Shown here piece by piece: positions 16,036 through 26,459 of a DNA stretch of 64,000 bases (position 1 is the stretch's first letter; every line of letters starts with the position of its first letter). Location of the stretch: IMG/VR virus record IMGVR_UViG_3300030098_006717. The stretch is one strand, 5' to 3'. The position numbers and the translations under genes are program-made. This DNA is from an uncultured virus (IMG/VR IMGVR_UViG_3300030098_006717) (Duplodnaviria > Heunggongvirae > Uroviricota > Caudoviricetes). The notes under the pieces were generated by a model. That model was not told the origin of the DNA and did not search any database. It worked only from the letters and a program-made list of their open reading frames with translations.

Positions 16036-16762
16036 TAAACCAGAACAAATAAAATCTAATTGGGATAAATTAAATAAAATAGTAAATGAAACCTTTGATG
16101 GTGAACAATGTAATAATATTAAATTATTATTTGAACATTTTGGAGATAGAATAATTGACGCTCCTGCTTCAGGTCGACCTAACTATCATAATTGTTTTCC
16201 GGGTGGTTGGATAGACCATACTTTGAGAGTAATTGAAACTTCTTTAAAAACACGGGAACTTTTTGTTGGGTTAGGCGTTGAGGTAGTTGCATCAAAAGAA
16301 GATGTTATATTAGCGGCTATGTTCCACGACCTAGGCAAGTTAGGAGATTTGAATGATCCATATTACAAGATACAGACTGATGATTGGAGAAGAAAGAAAC
16401 TAAATGAGTTTTACACACACAATTCTGATATGGAAAACTTGAGTGTAACAGATAGAGCTCTTTGGTTACTACAACATTTCAATATCAAAGTATCTACTGA
16501 AGTATGGAAAGCTATAAAGATGTCAGATGGTATGTTTGATGCTGGTAATGAAAATTATTATAGAACATCTAGTGATAGTAGAAATATTTTACATTATATA
16601 GTTCACTTTGGAGATTGGATGTCAACTGTTGCTGAAAAACAACATTATATTCAAGGTAATGTTGAAAAGCAAGAAAAAATTGAAGAAACTAAAAAATCTT
16701 TTAACAAAAAAAATCTAAAAACTACGGATATTCAAAATGAATTCAATAAATTATTTAAATAG
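16028..16762 (+). CDS. HD-domain phosphohydrolase (YhaM-like)
   Basis: APAS..YHNCFPGGWIDH...MFHDLGK...GD motifs. Confidence 0.85.
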   Translation: MNNKPEQIKSNWDKLNKIVNETFDGEQCNNIKLLFEHFGDRIIDAPASGRPNYHNCFPGGWIDHTLRVIETSLKTRELFVGLGVEVVASKEDVILAAMFHDLGKLGDLNDPYYKIQTDDWRRKKLNEFYTHNSDMENLSVTDRALWLLQHFNIKVSTEVWKAIKMSDGMFDAGNENYYRTSSDSRNILHYIVHFGDWMSTVAEKQHYIQGNVEKQEKIEETKKSFNKKNLKTTDIQNEFNKLFK

Positions 16763-16771
16763 GAGATAAAT

Positions 16772-17059
16772 ATGTGGTGGTTTATTACTATATTAATTTT
16801 TATTTATTCTTTATTTATCAGTTATTTACTAATTCTTTCTTTAAGGAGAATTAATAATTTTGAAAATGTCATATTAAATATTCAGAATATTATAGACTAT
16901 TCAAGTAGAAGATTGAAAGTGATAGATGATAAAGGTACATTCGAGTCAGATGACGAGGTCGGTTTCATGTTTGAGGAATTGAAAAGAATACAAGAAGTAT
17001 TAGACAATTTGTTTGAAAATAGAATTGAGGAGAATGTAGATGCCGAGAAAGAAAAGTAA
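16772..17059 (+). CDS. membrane-anchored coiled-coil hypothetical protein
   Basis: N-terminal TM; FESDDEVG motif; AGGAG SD. Confidence 0.65.
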   Translation: MWWFITILIFIYSLFISYLLILSLRRINNFENVILNIQNIIDYSSRRLKVIDDKGTFESDDEVGFMFEELKRIQEVLDNLFENRIEENVDAEKEK

Positions 17060-17777
17060 AAAAAATATGTACTTCCACGAGGGAGTACAAGATGCTATTA
17101 TAAGATATAATGCATTAGATCCTGAAAAAGAATCTGCAAAGAGAAGTAAAATATATCAAGAAGAAATACATGCTGCTTTTGATAAACTATCGGAAAATAT
17201 GATTAATACATTTAAATTTGAATATTTTGATGATGGTTTTATAGATGTAAAACATGAAGTAGTAGCTTTTATGGTAATGAATATTCATAAATATGATCAT
17301 ACTACCGGTTCAAAAGCTTTTAGTTATTTTTCAGTAGTTGCTAAAAATTATTTAATATTAAATAATAACAACAATTATAAAAGATATAAAACACATGACA
17401 ATATAGATTTGTATCAAGATAGATCTGATGGTAAAATGCCTAAAAAGTCCGAAAAATTAGAAGTTATGAATATAAATGAGATGGAAGATGATTTTCTTAG
17501 TCAACTAATTGTATTTTTTGAAAATTTAGTTCCAACTTTATTTAAAAAAAGAAGAGATATAGATATTTCATATGCTATAATAGAATTAATGAGACGTAGA
17601 GATGAAATAGAAAACTTTAATAAAAAATCTCTTTATATTTTAATTAGAGAAATGACTGGAGTTAATACTAATAATATAACAAAAATATTAAATATATTAA
17701 AAATACATTATAAAAAAGCTGCAAGAGAATACCATAGTACTGGTATAATAGGAAATCAGAGAGGAAATTTCTTTTAA
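17040..17777 (+). CDS. phage sigma factor (T4 gp55-like, putative late sigma)
   Basis: HKYDHTTGSKAFSYFSVVAKN resembles sigma region 2 (FDPxK...F.YF as in gp55). Last gene before the terminator and the structural operon. Confidence 0.7.
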   Translation: MPRKKSKKNMYFHEGVQDAIIRYNALDPEKESAKRSKIYQEEIHAAFDKLSENMINTFKFEYFDDGFIDVKHEVVAFMVMNIHKYDHTTGSKAFSYFSVVAKNYLILNNNNNYKRYKTHDNIDLYQDRSDGKMPKKSEKLEVMNINEMEDDFLSQLIVFFENLVPTLFKKRRDIDISYAIIELMRRRDEIENFNKKSLYILIREMTGVNTNNITKILNILKIHYKKAAREYHSTGIIGNQRGNFF

Positions 17778-17802
17778 ATATCATTAGTTTGTATATTTTC
17801 AT

Positions 17803-17831
17803 AAAAAACCCATTTTTTAAATGGGTTTTTT
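17803..17831 (+). terminator. intrinsic terminator
   Basis: AAAAAACCCATTT-TTT-AAATGGGTTTTTT. Confidence 0.85.
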
Positions 17832-17860
17832 TATTTTATGTACAATTTTAACAATTTTTA

Positions 17861-17868
17861 TATTTATA
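17861..17868 (+). promoter_or_regulatory. TATTTATA candidate late promoter heading the structural operon
   Basis: Between the terminator and the first operon gene; no TTGAC -35 element upstream. Confidence 0.6.
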
Positions 17869-17902
17869 TATGAACAACTGTATTTTAATTGGAGAACATA
17901 AA

Positions 17903-18298
17903 ATGTCAGATAAAATATTTGAAAATAAAACATTTGAAGATTTAACTAAAGATATATATGAAAATCAGAAGTTAAAAAAAACACAAATAGATTTATTAAT
18001 ACAAGAATTACATAGTTTTATACAAACAGCTGAAGATGCTTTGATGATAGCACCTATTATTAAAGAATATTTTGATGTCAGTATAAAAAATGATGAACAT
18101 CTTGTTAAATTAGCTTCTGTGATACAAAGGCATATTCAAAAATCCTTGTCTGGGGCTGCTGAAGATGGTTCATTATTAAGTGATGATGAAAAACAAGATT
18201 TGTTAAATACATTACATGATACTGTAAATGATTTACAAAAAGAAAATGATAAATTAGATAAATTGAAAAGTTCAACAAAAGATTTATATAAAAGTTAG
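17903..18298 (+). CDS. hypothetical helical protein, first gene of the structural operon
   Basis: GGAG SD before ATG 17903. Confidence 0.7.
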   Translation: MSDKIFENKTFEDLTKDIYENQKLKKTQIDLLIQELHSFIQTAEDALMIAPIIKEYFDVSIKNDEHLVKLASVIQRHIQKSLSGAAEDGSLLSDDEKQDLLNTLHDTVNDLQKENDKLDKLKSSTKDLYKS

Positions 18299-18306
18299 AG
18301 GTTAAT

Positions 18307-19620
18307 ATGAGTATATTTATAACTACATATGAAAGAAGTGATATTAAAGATAAGGCCGATAGTTTAAAATCTGTTGGTGAACTTAAACCAGATCCATTGG
18401 TTCAAGTTTTAAGAAGATTAGATTCTTTAGAAAGAGCTGTAATAAATCATCCTATACAATTTACTGTTGGTCATTGTACACAGGCTATTGTTACTCATGA
18501 TGATATTACAGGATTAGAAAAAGATGAAACAATTAATGCTATAAAAGCTCAAATGGGATTTGGTAGAAAATTAGATTCTCAAAATTTAGATGCTATGGTT
18601 GGTAGTGGTGAAACATATTATCCATTAATAAGGGGAATACAAGATGTTCCAACTCAAGGTGATCCTGTTTTACTTTGTGAATTTGGTGGTAGAAAGTATT
18701 ATATGGGACCTTTAAATGTATTTGGTCAAAGTAACTTTAATCCAGACCCTGGTTTTAAATTAGATCAAAGTGAACACTTAGTACAAGAGAGTAAACAGGA
18801 TGTTACTATTAAACAACAACATAATGTAAATCCAAGATTTAGTTGGGCACCTAAGATGAAAAGATTAATGAAACCAATAACTGAATCTTCTTATTTATTA
18901 AAAGATAATGCTAGTCCTTATAATAGGGGGGTTGGTGATTTAATGTTAGAGGGTAGATTTGGAAATAGTATTAGAATAGGTAGTAGAAGTTCTACTCCAA
19001 ATATTGTGATATCAAATGGTAGAAATGATGATCAAAGATATGAAACATTAACGGATGGTAGTATACTATGTATGTTATCTAAAGGAAGTTTAAAACAACA
19101 TTTTTCTTTTACTGTTAAACAAAAAGTGGCAGAAGTTAATCCAGTATTAGTTAGTAATCAGGATAACAAATCAAATAGAAAAATTACTTTTGAAAATGAA
19201 ACATTAGATATAGCAAATTATAATAAAAATCAAACTGTACTTATGTCGGATAGATTATTATTTCAAAGTAGAAAAGATGATATTATTCTTTCAAGTAAAA
19301 AAAATATTCACATTGGTGGTTCTATATTCAATATTAATACACAAGGAAATGTTAATGTAAATTCTAAAAAATTAATATTAGGTGATCCGGATAATGCACA
19401 AGAGGCATTAGTTCTTGGTGACCAATTAGTTTCAGTTTTACAGGAATTAATTAAAGCTATTGGAAGTTGTTATGTAAATGGAGTACAACCTGCAGGTATA
19501 TCGGGTGCTATTGGTATAGCTGGTTCTCCTGGATGGAGTCAATTACAAAAATTATATGGTAATTTAACAAAAATAAAAAGTCAGTATGCAACAGTTGCAA
19601 CTAAACCTGGCCAAAAATAA
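18307..19620 (+). CDS. putative baseplate hub/central spike protein (gp5/VgrG-like)
   Basis: OB-fold-like PTQGDPVLLC, GDLMLEGRFGNSIRIGS, short beta-repeat C-terminal region, position upstream of gp25. Confidence 0.6.
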   Translation: MSIFITTYERSDIKDKADSLKSVGELKPDPLVQVLRRLDSLERAVINHPIQFTVGHCTQAIVTHDDITGLEKDETINAIKAQMGFGRKLDSQNLDAMVGSGETYYPLIRGIQDVPTQGDPVLLCEFGGRKYYMGPLNVFGQSNFNPDPGFKLDQSEHLVQESKQDVTIKQQHNVNPRFSWAPKMKRLMKPITESSYLLKDNASPYNRGVGDLMLEGRFGNSIRIGSRSSTPNIVISNGRNDDQRYETLTDGSILCMLSKGSLKQHFSFTVKQKVAEVNPVLVSNQDNKSNRKITFENETLDIANYNKNQTVLMSDRLLFQSRKDDIILSSKKNIHIGGSIFNINTQGNVNVNSKKLILGDPDNAQEALVLGDQLVSVLQELIKAIGSCYVNGVQPAGISGAIGIAGSPGWSQLQKLYGNLTKIKSQYATVATKPGQK

Positions 19621-19631
19621 TAGGAGGTTAT

Positions 19632-20048
19632 ATGAGTAATAAAACAAAAATAAGAACATTGATAAGGGAAATAGTTAGAGAAGAAGTTGGAATGGCTATT
19701 AAACAGGTACTAACTGAATTAAAACAACCGACACAACAAGTTTCTCAACCACAACCCACAAGAAAAGTTGTTGAAAAAAAACAATTTTCAAGTAATCCTT
19801 TATTGAATGATATATTGAACGAAACAGAGGGTTTTGATTCTAATAGTGGTGGAATAGAAAATATGAGAGAATCATATGGTCAAATGATGAATGGTCAGCC
19901 CACTGGTGATGAAGTAGTTTCATCAATGGGAACAGATCCATCTAGAGTAGACAATGCTACTAAAAATGCATTAACTAGAGATTATAGTGATTTAATGAAA
20001 GCTATAGATAATAAGAAAAAAGGTTCACCATTAAAGGGGAGAAGATAA
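19632..20048 (+). CDS. hypothetical virion-associated protein
   Basis: AGGAGG SD; N-terminal IRTLIREIVREEV helix. Confidence 0.7.
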   Translation: MSNKTKIRTLIREIVREEVGMAIKQVLTELKQPTQQVSQPQPTRKVVEKKQFSSNPLLNDILNETEGFDSNSGGIENMRESYGQMMNGQPTGDEVVSSMGTDPSRVDNATKNALTRDYSDLMKAIDNKKKGSPLKGRR

Positions 20049-21134
20049 TTGGCGTATTTAAATACACCACAAGGAGAACAGCTACAGGATGTATGGGATT
20101 CTGGAAAATTAGAATGGTCATGGGAATATGATCCAGATTTTGATCCAGGAACTATAAGAGCATTAGTAGTTATATCCAAAAATTTACCACCAGATGAAGC
20201 TGAAGATTGGGTAACTTCTATTCAATTTGATTGTATGCCTGGTGATGAACAAGATGATTGTATTTTAAGGGGAGGATTTGCTGATTTTATTACTAATATT
20301 GGATCATGGCCTTATGGGGGTCCATCTGTAAATAGTTTTGAACCAAGTATACCTTATTATTGGGGAATTATGACTTGGATAGATGGAGATTCATTGGAAG
20401 AAGAAGGTACTTGGGAAAATTCTGGTGATGAACAATTTTTAGAATTTATATTACCATTACCTGCTGGTCAAGATGTTAGTGATGAGACTTCAGAAGAAGA
20501 TACTCAAGAGACAGAACCTGAACAAACAACTCAAGAAATAGCTAGAGAAAGAGAAAAGGCTGAGGCTAGACAAGAATCATTAACAAAAAAAACTCCATCT
20601 AAAAGAAGTAGTGGTTTGGGTGGGAGTACTGGAAGTTTAAGTAATGATATAAAACTTGCTATAATTAAAAATGCATTAGGAGAAACCGATGTAGATGGAT
20701 ATGCTGAAGAAATTGCAGATGCTATAGCTAATTTTATGTTAAGACAAGAGAATAGAGTATGTGAAATAAATGTACCTACTGGAGTTAAACACATAAAAAC
20801 CTCAACTAGTATAGATGTAAATGTAACTCCTGAAACTTTAGCTGGACCATATGCCCCATTACTTAAGGGTATAAAAAAAATAGCATCTATGATACCGGGG
20901 GCTGGTGGTATTATAGGTGGAATTGAGGCTGCTATAATGCATGCGGCTTCTAAAGTTTCAGAGGCTGGAGCCAAATTACCTGCATTAGATATAGAAGATG
21001 GTAAACAGGGTGGTAGTTTAGATGTTGAGGGAGAAACTAAATACAAAACTCAATTTAAGGGAAGAAAAACAGCAGATTCACATGCTAGAAAATCTGTAGT
21101 TAAATTATTTGAAGAAGAAATAAAAGGATTATAG
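20049..21134 (+). CDS. hypothetical two-domain structural protein (TTG start)
   Basis: GGGGAG SD; acidic Trp-rich N-domain, low-complexity linker, Ala/Gly-rich C-domain. Confidence 0.7.
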   Translation: MAYLNTPQGEQLQDVWDSGKLEWSWEYDPDFDPGTIRALVVISKNLPPDEAEDWVTSIQFDCMPGDEQDDCILRGGFADFITNIGSWPYGGPSVNSFEPSIPYYWGIMTWIDGDSLEEEGTWENSGDEQFLEFILPLPAGQDVSDETSEEDTQETEPEQTTQEIAREREKAEARQESLTKKTPSKRSSGLGGSTGSLSNDIKLAIIKNALGETDVDGYAEEIADAIANFMLRQENRVCEINVPTGVKHIKTSTSIDVNVTPETLAGPYAPLLKGIKKIASMIPGAGGIIGGIEAAIMHAASKVSEAGAKLPALDIEDGKQGGSLDVEGETKYKTQFKGRKTADSHARKSVVKLFEEEIKGL

Positions 21135-21143
21135 GAGAAATAA

Positions 21144-21581
21144 ATGGCCATTGTACTTGGAAAAGCTGGAAAACAAATTGATAAAAATAATTCTAAATTT
21201 GTTGGTTTAAAAGTACCCATCTTAAAATCTGATGGTAGAGAGGGATATTTTGAATCATCTACTACAACATTAGAAGCTGTTAAAGAAAATATAAGAAATT
21301 TACTTAATACAAGAAAGGGTGAAAGAGTTATGCAACCAACATTAGGTTTAAATTTACAAGATTATTTATTTGAACCCATAACTGGTGATACAATAGCTAT
21401 AATACAGGATGAAATTAGAACATCAATTGAAACTTGGTTACCTTATATAACAATGCAACAATTAAATATAACAGAAAAAAGATCAGAGAATAGTTTAACT
21501 AATTCATTATTTATAGATATAACTTTTTTTATGAATAAGAATCCTAATATGTTAGAATCTGTTCAAGTAACGGTGGAATAA
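21144..21581 (+). CDS. baseplate wedge subunit gp25 / GPW family
   Basis: ENIRNLLNTRKGERVMQPTLGLNL...LFEP...WLP signature. Confidence 0.9.
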   Translation: MAIVLGKAGKQIDKNNSKFVGLKVPILKSDGREGYFESSTTTLEAVKENIRNLLNTRKGERVMQPTLGLNLQDYLFEPITGDTIAIIQDEIRTSIETWLPYITMQQLNITEKRSENSLTNSLFIDITFFMNKNPNMLESVQVTVE

Positions 21582-21596
21582 TAAGAGAGAATTAAT

Positions 21597-23804
21597 ATGC
21601 CATATGAAAATCAAAATGAAAATTTCAGAAATATAAAATATTTAAGTAAAGATTTTACTTCTTTAAAACAAGACTTAATTAATTATGCTAAAGCTTATTT
21701 TCCAGATACGTATAATGATTTCAATGAAACATCTCCTGGAATGATGTTAATGGAAATGTCTGCATATGTTGGGGATGTTTTATCTTTTTATATTGATAAT
21801 CAATTTAAGGAGATGCTTTTACCAACAACTGAAGAGAGAAGAAATATTTTATATATAGCCGATAGTCTTGGATATAAAGTTAAAGCTTCTATACCGGCAA
21901 TTACAGAATTAACTGTTACTCAAACAGTAGAGCATGATCCTGGTGCCGGTGATGATCCGAGAATTCCTAATGTATCTCAATTGATGACTTTTAATAAAGG
22001 GTTACAAGTTAAGGCTAGCACTAATTCAAGTATAGTTTTTGAAACTGTTAATGATTTAGATTTTAAAATAACTGGATCTTCAGATCAAGATCCGATTCCG
22101 GCTGGTCAAGATCAATTTGGGTTAACAAATTTATTTGTTGTTGAAAGAAAAGTAATGGCTATATCTGGTAAAACCAAAACATTAACTTTTGATGTTAAAA
22201 ATCCTTCATCTTTTTTAAAACTTACTATACCTGATAAAGATGTAGTTAATATACTTAGTGTAATTGATTCTTCTGGTCATGAGTGGTTTGAAGTTGATTA
22301 TTTAGCTCAAGATAAAATTACATTAGATGAACATAGAGAAGATCCATATAGTCAAACTTTATTACCTGTAGAATATAAAGTAAAACCTGGACAAAGTATA
22401 GATAAAAGATTTATAGTTAGAACAAATTCTGATAATACAACTTCAATGGTATTTGGTAATGGATTATTAAAAGAAAAATATTCAGTAAATAGATTACAAA
22501 ATATATGGGTAGAAAATCAAGACATTAATGCATTAATTAATAGTAGTCTTCCTAAAACATTAAGTCCTCATTTTAATGATACTTATCAAAATACATTAGG
22601 GGAATCTCCGGCACATACAACTTTAACAGTAACTTATAGAGTTGGTGGTGGTATTAAATCAAATGTACCTCAAGGTGATTTAAATACTTTTCTTAATACT
22701 CAAAATAAAGTAGTTGGTAATTCTGAAAGAATATCTACTTTAAGCGTTAGTAATTTATTACCTGCTATGGGTGGTATGGATAAAGAAAATGTAGAAGACA
22801 TAAGAAATAAAGTACAATCTTATTTTTCGGCTCAAGATAGATGTGTTACTCAAAAAGATTATGAGGCAAGAGTGTTATCAATGCCACCAAGATATGGTAG
22901 TGTTGCAAAAGCTTTTGTTAGAAGAAGGGGATTTAATGAAATTACAGCAAGTAGTGAAGATGGTGGAGTAAGTTCTTTTGTGTGGGCTGATGTTGACAAT
23001 GATGGTTCATCTGGTGGTAGTGGTGATCAGGGTGCGTGGGACACTTTATTCAGTTCTATAATGGGAGCTACGGCTGATGCTGAAGAAGCAACTACTATAA
23101 CTTCGGCACAAAAAGGTAAATTAAATGAAATTAGAAGTTTTATTGGTACTTTAGGTAGTAATACTACATCTAACTTATTGTCATTTCAAAATTTAAATCT
23201 TTATTTAATGTCTTATGACTCAAATAAAAATTTAGCTAAAACTACTGATGTTATTAAAAATAATATTGCAAATTATATTTCCCAATATAAAATATTATCT
23301 GATGAAGTACAAATACTTGACGGTAGTGTAATTAATTTTGGAGTTAAGTTTGTTATAGAGGCAAAGCCTGGTGTTAATAAGGCTGATTTAAAAATGAAAG
23401 TTATAAGACAAATAATTGAATATTTTGAAATAGGTAAAATGCAATTTAATCAAATCATATATACATCTGATATAGAAAATCAAATTTATAATAATGTTGA
23501 TGGTATTAGAATTATTAAAGAGTTGATACTTACTCAAGATAAAAATGATTTGAATATATCAAATCATTTAACTGCTCATATTAATGATGGTACTGGAGTA
23601 ACAACAGATGGGAGACCGGCTAATGGAGTATGTGGACCAAATCAAAATACATATGGTTTTGGATATATAACTGAATTTAAAAGATTTTATGAGGATTTTT
23701 ATGGTAGGGGTAAAGGTGTAATACTTCCACCAAATACAACAGGTACTCCTGGAGTATTTGAATTAAAAAATCCACTTGATAATATAAAGGGAGTGGTAGT
23801 CTAA
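21597..23804 (+). CDS. baseplate wedge protein (T4 gp6 / baseplate J-like)
   Basis: DFTSLKQDL...YNDFNETSPGMMLME..AYVGDVLSFYID, FGNG, YRVGGG..N, QDRCVTQKDY. Confidence 0.88.
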   Translation: MPYENQNENFRNIKYLSKDFTSLKQDLINYAKAYFPDTYNDFNETSPGMMLMEMSAYVGDVLSFYIDNQFKEMLLPTTEERRNILYIADSLGYKVKASIPAITELTVTQTVEHDPGAGDDPRIPNVSQLMTFNKGLQVKASTNSSIVFETVNDLDFKITGSSDQDPIPAGQDQFGLTNLFVVERKVMAISGKTKTLTFDVKNPSSFLKLTIPDKDVVNILSVIDSSGHEWFEVDYLAQDKITLDEHREDPYSQTLLPVEYKVKPGQSIDKRFIVRTNSDNTTSMVFGNGLLKEKYSVNRLQNIWVENQDINALINSSLPKTLSPHFNDTYQNTLGESPAHTTLTVTYRVGGGIKSNVPQGDLNTFLNTQNKVVGNSERISTLSVSNLLPAMGGMDKENVEDIRNKVQSYFSAQDRCVTQKDYEARVLSMPPRYGSVAKAFVRRRGFNEITASSEDGGVSSFVWADVDNDGSSGGSGDQGAWDTLFSSIMGATADAEEATTITSAQKGKLNEIRSFIGTLGSNTTSNLLSFQNLNLYLMSYDSNKNLAKTTDVIKNNIANYISQYKILSDEVQILDGSVINFGVKFVIEAKPGVNKADLKMKVIRQIIEYFEIGKMQFNQIIYTSDIENQIYNNVDGIRIIKELILTQDKNDLNISNHLTAHINDGTGVTTDGRPANGVCGPNQNTYGFGYITEFKRFYEDFYGRGKGVILPPNTTGTPGVFELKNPLDNIKGVVV

Positions 23805-25051
23805 TGCATAAATTTATTTATTCACAAAAAGATTCTTGGATAGCAGAAAACTCATCATCAGTTAATTTTGGTGGCGATGAAGTTTTAGAATTACATAAAA
23901 GTTTTAACTCAAATGTTAGTGGTAGTTACACTAATGGAGTTACTAGAATATTAACACAATTTGATTTAACTGAAGTTTCAAATTCTATTGTATCTGGTGA
24001 AATAACAAGTCCAACATATTATTTAAGGTTATATTCTACAGAAGCTTCTGAATTACAACATACATATAATTTAGTAGCTCATCCATTATCACAATCTTGG
24101 GAAGAAGGTACAGGTCATAGATCTGATACTCCTAGTGTTAAAGATGGTGTTTCTTGGAAATATCCAGACACTAGAGATGAAAATGTAGAATGGACATTAA
24201 GTTCTTTAGATGATATCGGTGGTGGTGGAAATTCAACAACTGGTAGTAGAACATTAGGATCTGGATCTTCTGCTACTGAAAGTGGATCTCAATATGGTGG
24301 ATCTTGGTATACCGGATCTGGATTTACAGCTACACAAACTTTTTCTTATCAATCTCCGGATGTTAGAATGGATGTTACTGATATTGTAAATAAATGGATA
24401 AATGGTAGTACCTATAATTCTTCTCCACTTGGGTATACAGAAGATAATAGTGATGAAGATGATATTCCAAATTATGGTTTTATTTTGAAGGCTAGTGGTA
24501 GTGGTGCTGATAACGAAGAAAATGATAGTTCCAGAATGAATTTAAAATTTTTCTCAAGAAATACAAACACAATATATCCACCTAAATTAGAAATAGCTTG
24601 GGATGATCATGTATCTATGGATTCAGATGATAATCCAGGATATCTTCATAATTTAGAACAATTAGATATGAGTGGAGAAACTGATAATTATATTTATGTT
24701 AAAGGTATAAGGCCGGAATATAAAGAAACGGAAACTGTTAAGTTTAGAGTTGGTGGTAGAAAAAAATATGTTGGAAGAACATTTTCAACTTCTGTACAAA
24801 CATTATCTGGTTCATATATTGGTGAAAAGAGTGGTTCATATTCTATAGTAGATTTAACTACCGGAGAAACAATAATACCATTTAGTGATTATACATATTT
24901 GAGTGTTGATAGTTCAAGTATGTATTTTAAACAAGATATGAATACTTTTCAGCCTGATAGATTTTATAAAATTTTAATTAAAGTAAAATATGATGATGGT
25001 CAAGAAGTAATATATGATAATGATAGTTTTCAATTTAAAGCGGTGAGGTAA
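23804..25051 (+). CDS. DNRLRE-domain virion structural protein
   Basis: DSWI...NFGG...RILTQFDL...LRLY...W.EG...DVTDIV..W...NYGFILK...PKLEIAW pattern. Confidence 0.7.
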   Translation: MHKFIYSQKDSWIAENSSSVNFGGDEVLELHKSFNSNVSGSYTNGVTRILTQFDLTEVSNSIVSGEITSPTYYLRLYSTEASELQHTYNLVAHPLSQSWEEGTGHRSDTPSVKDGVSWKYPDTRDENVEWTLSSLDDIGGGGNSTTGSRTLGSGSSATESGSQYGGSWYTGSGFTATQTFSYQSPDVRMDVTDIVNKWINGSTYNSSPLGYTEDNSDEDDIPNYGFILKASGSGADNEENDSSRMNLKFFSRNTNTIYPPKLEIAWDDHVSMDSDDNPGYLHNLEQLDMSGETDNYIYVKGIRPEYKETETVKFRVGGRKKYVGRTFSTSVQTLSGSYIGEKSGSYSIVDLTTGETIIPFSDYTYLSVDSSSMYFKQDMNTFQPDRFYKILIKVKYDDGQEVIYDNDSFQFKAVR

Positions 25052-25053
25052 AT

Positions 25054-26442
25054 ATGTCCTGGACACAAGAACAAGTTGCAGATTTTTTAGCTAAAAAGTC
25101 ATTAGAATTTTTTAAGAATGAAGGTGACTCTATAGATGTTTATCAGAAAGAAGTATCTGGTGGAAATGTAAATGTAAATAGAGATCCAAATAATCCATTA
25201 GTCATATATAAATCAGATTTAAAGGCTAATATTGAAGAATATGCTCATATAGTAATAAATGAAAATATACAACAAAATAATTTAGAAAACATAGTATCGG
25301 AAGAATTGTGGTTAGAATTTAAAGATATATATTTAAATTCACCTGAAAATGTCGGTCAATTTATAAATTTTGAAACTTCTCAATCTATAATTAATCCAGA
25401 TTTAGCTGCTGAAGTTTTAGATTCAGATATTAATGAGTTAGTTCCAACTTTACCATCTAGACAACAACAAATAGATAATTGGTTTGAAGAATTAAATAAT
25501 TTAATTGATCCTGCTCCAGATTTTAATGAAGAACCTGTAGATAGTGGAAATTGGGTAATGACTTCTGAATGGAATGATATATCTTCTGTACCATCTAGTC
25601 CATCTGGATCTATAAGTAGAACTGAAACCGAATCTGATGATTATAATTACTCAAGACAACAAACTATAGAACAATTAAGAAATAGATTGAGTTATTATTT
25701 ATTAGATGTAGATGGAATTCCTTCAAGTCAAAGATTGGATGAAAGACCACAATATCAAAATGATTCTGAAGGATATTTAAAATTTAGAAATTTAAATCAA
25801 TCTATAATCATTAGACAAGAACAAGGGACTAATAATATTTCATTTGCTGAAACAGATCCTGCAACTGGATATCCAAAATATTTATTGGATGGTTTTACTT
25901 TAACTAAATGGGTAAGATTTGCAAATAAAGTTGATGGGGGAACTTTATTTAATTTTGGTAATCCTTTAAGAGAAACAAATCCTCATGGTTTTAGATTAGA
26001 AACATTTATTATAGAAAACGGAACTGTAGCTACAGATGCAACTACACCAAGTCATCTTTTTCAAGATAGTTTATATGAGAGATTCATAAGATTATCTGTT
26101 ATGGATGAAACTGGAGTTTTAAGGGACTCATTACCTTATAGAGATGGATATGATGTCGGAAGTTATTATACTCCAGATTTAAATAATATAGATGGACCTA
26201 GAATTTTTCACTATACTCATATTCCTGTTGATATAAATGAGTGGTATTTTATTGTTGCTAATTATAACCCATCTGTTAATGAAGATGAATCATATGGAGT
26301 TCATGATTCTAATCATGATTGGTGGAGATGGAATATGAATGAAGATGGGACTTACACTAATTTTTCTTCATTGGGCGCTAAATGTAAAGTTGAAGTAATA
26401 TCTAGAACAGATTTATTAAGAGCTCGTGGTTATCAATCATAA
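25054..26442 (+). CDS. structural protein with C-terminal LamG/concanavalin-like domain
   Basis: FTLTKWVRF...TLFNFG...EWYFIVANY. Confidence 0.6.
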   Translation: MSWTQEQVADFLAKKSLEFFKNEGDSIDVYQKEVSGGNVNVNRDPNNPLVIYKSDLKANIEEYAHIVINENIQQNNLENIVSEELWLEFKDIYLNSPENVGQFINFETSQSIINPDLAAEVLDSDINELVPTLPSRQQQIDNWFEELNNLIDPAPDFNEEPVDSGNWVMTSEWNDISSVPSSPSGSISRTETESDDYNYSRQQTIEQLRNRLSYYLLDVDGIPSSQRLDERPQYQNDSEGYLKFRNLNQSIIIRQEQGTNNISFAETDPATGYPKYLLDGFTLTKWVRFANKVDGGTLFNFGNPLRETNPHGFRLETFIIENGTVATDATTPSHLFQDSLYERFIRLSVMDETGVLRDSLPYRDGYDVGSYYTPDLNNIDGPRIFHYTHIPVDINEWYFIVANYNPSVNEDESYGVHDSNHDWWRWNMNEDGTYTNFSSLGAKCKVEVISRTDLLRARGYQS

Positions 26443-26459
26443 TTGGGGGAAAAGTTTAA

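Noticed and set aside
1489..21046. Minus-strand ORFs over the accessory and early structural genes (e.g. 20531-21046, 11587-11859) and off-frame ORFs 7034-7252 and 9876-10073
   Set aside because: They overlap well-supported + strand genes; promoters, SDs and gene packing all support one coding strand.
18307..25051. Baseplate genes as a bacterial eCIS/T6SS locus
   Set aside because: The surrounding gene set (gp55-like sigma, PhoH, tRNAs, many small ORFans, single-strand packing, no housekeeping operons) fits a phage genome.
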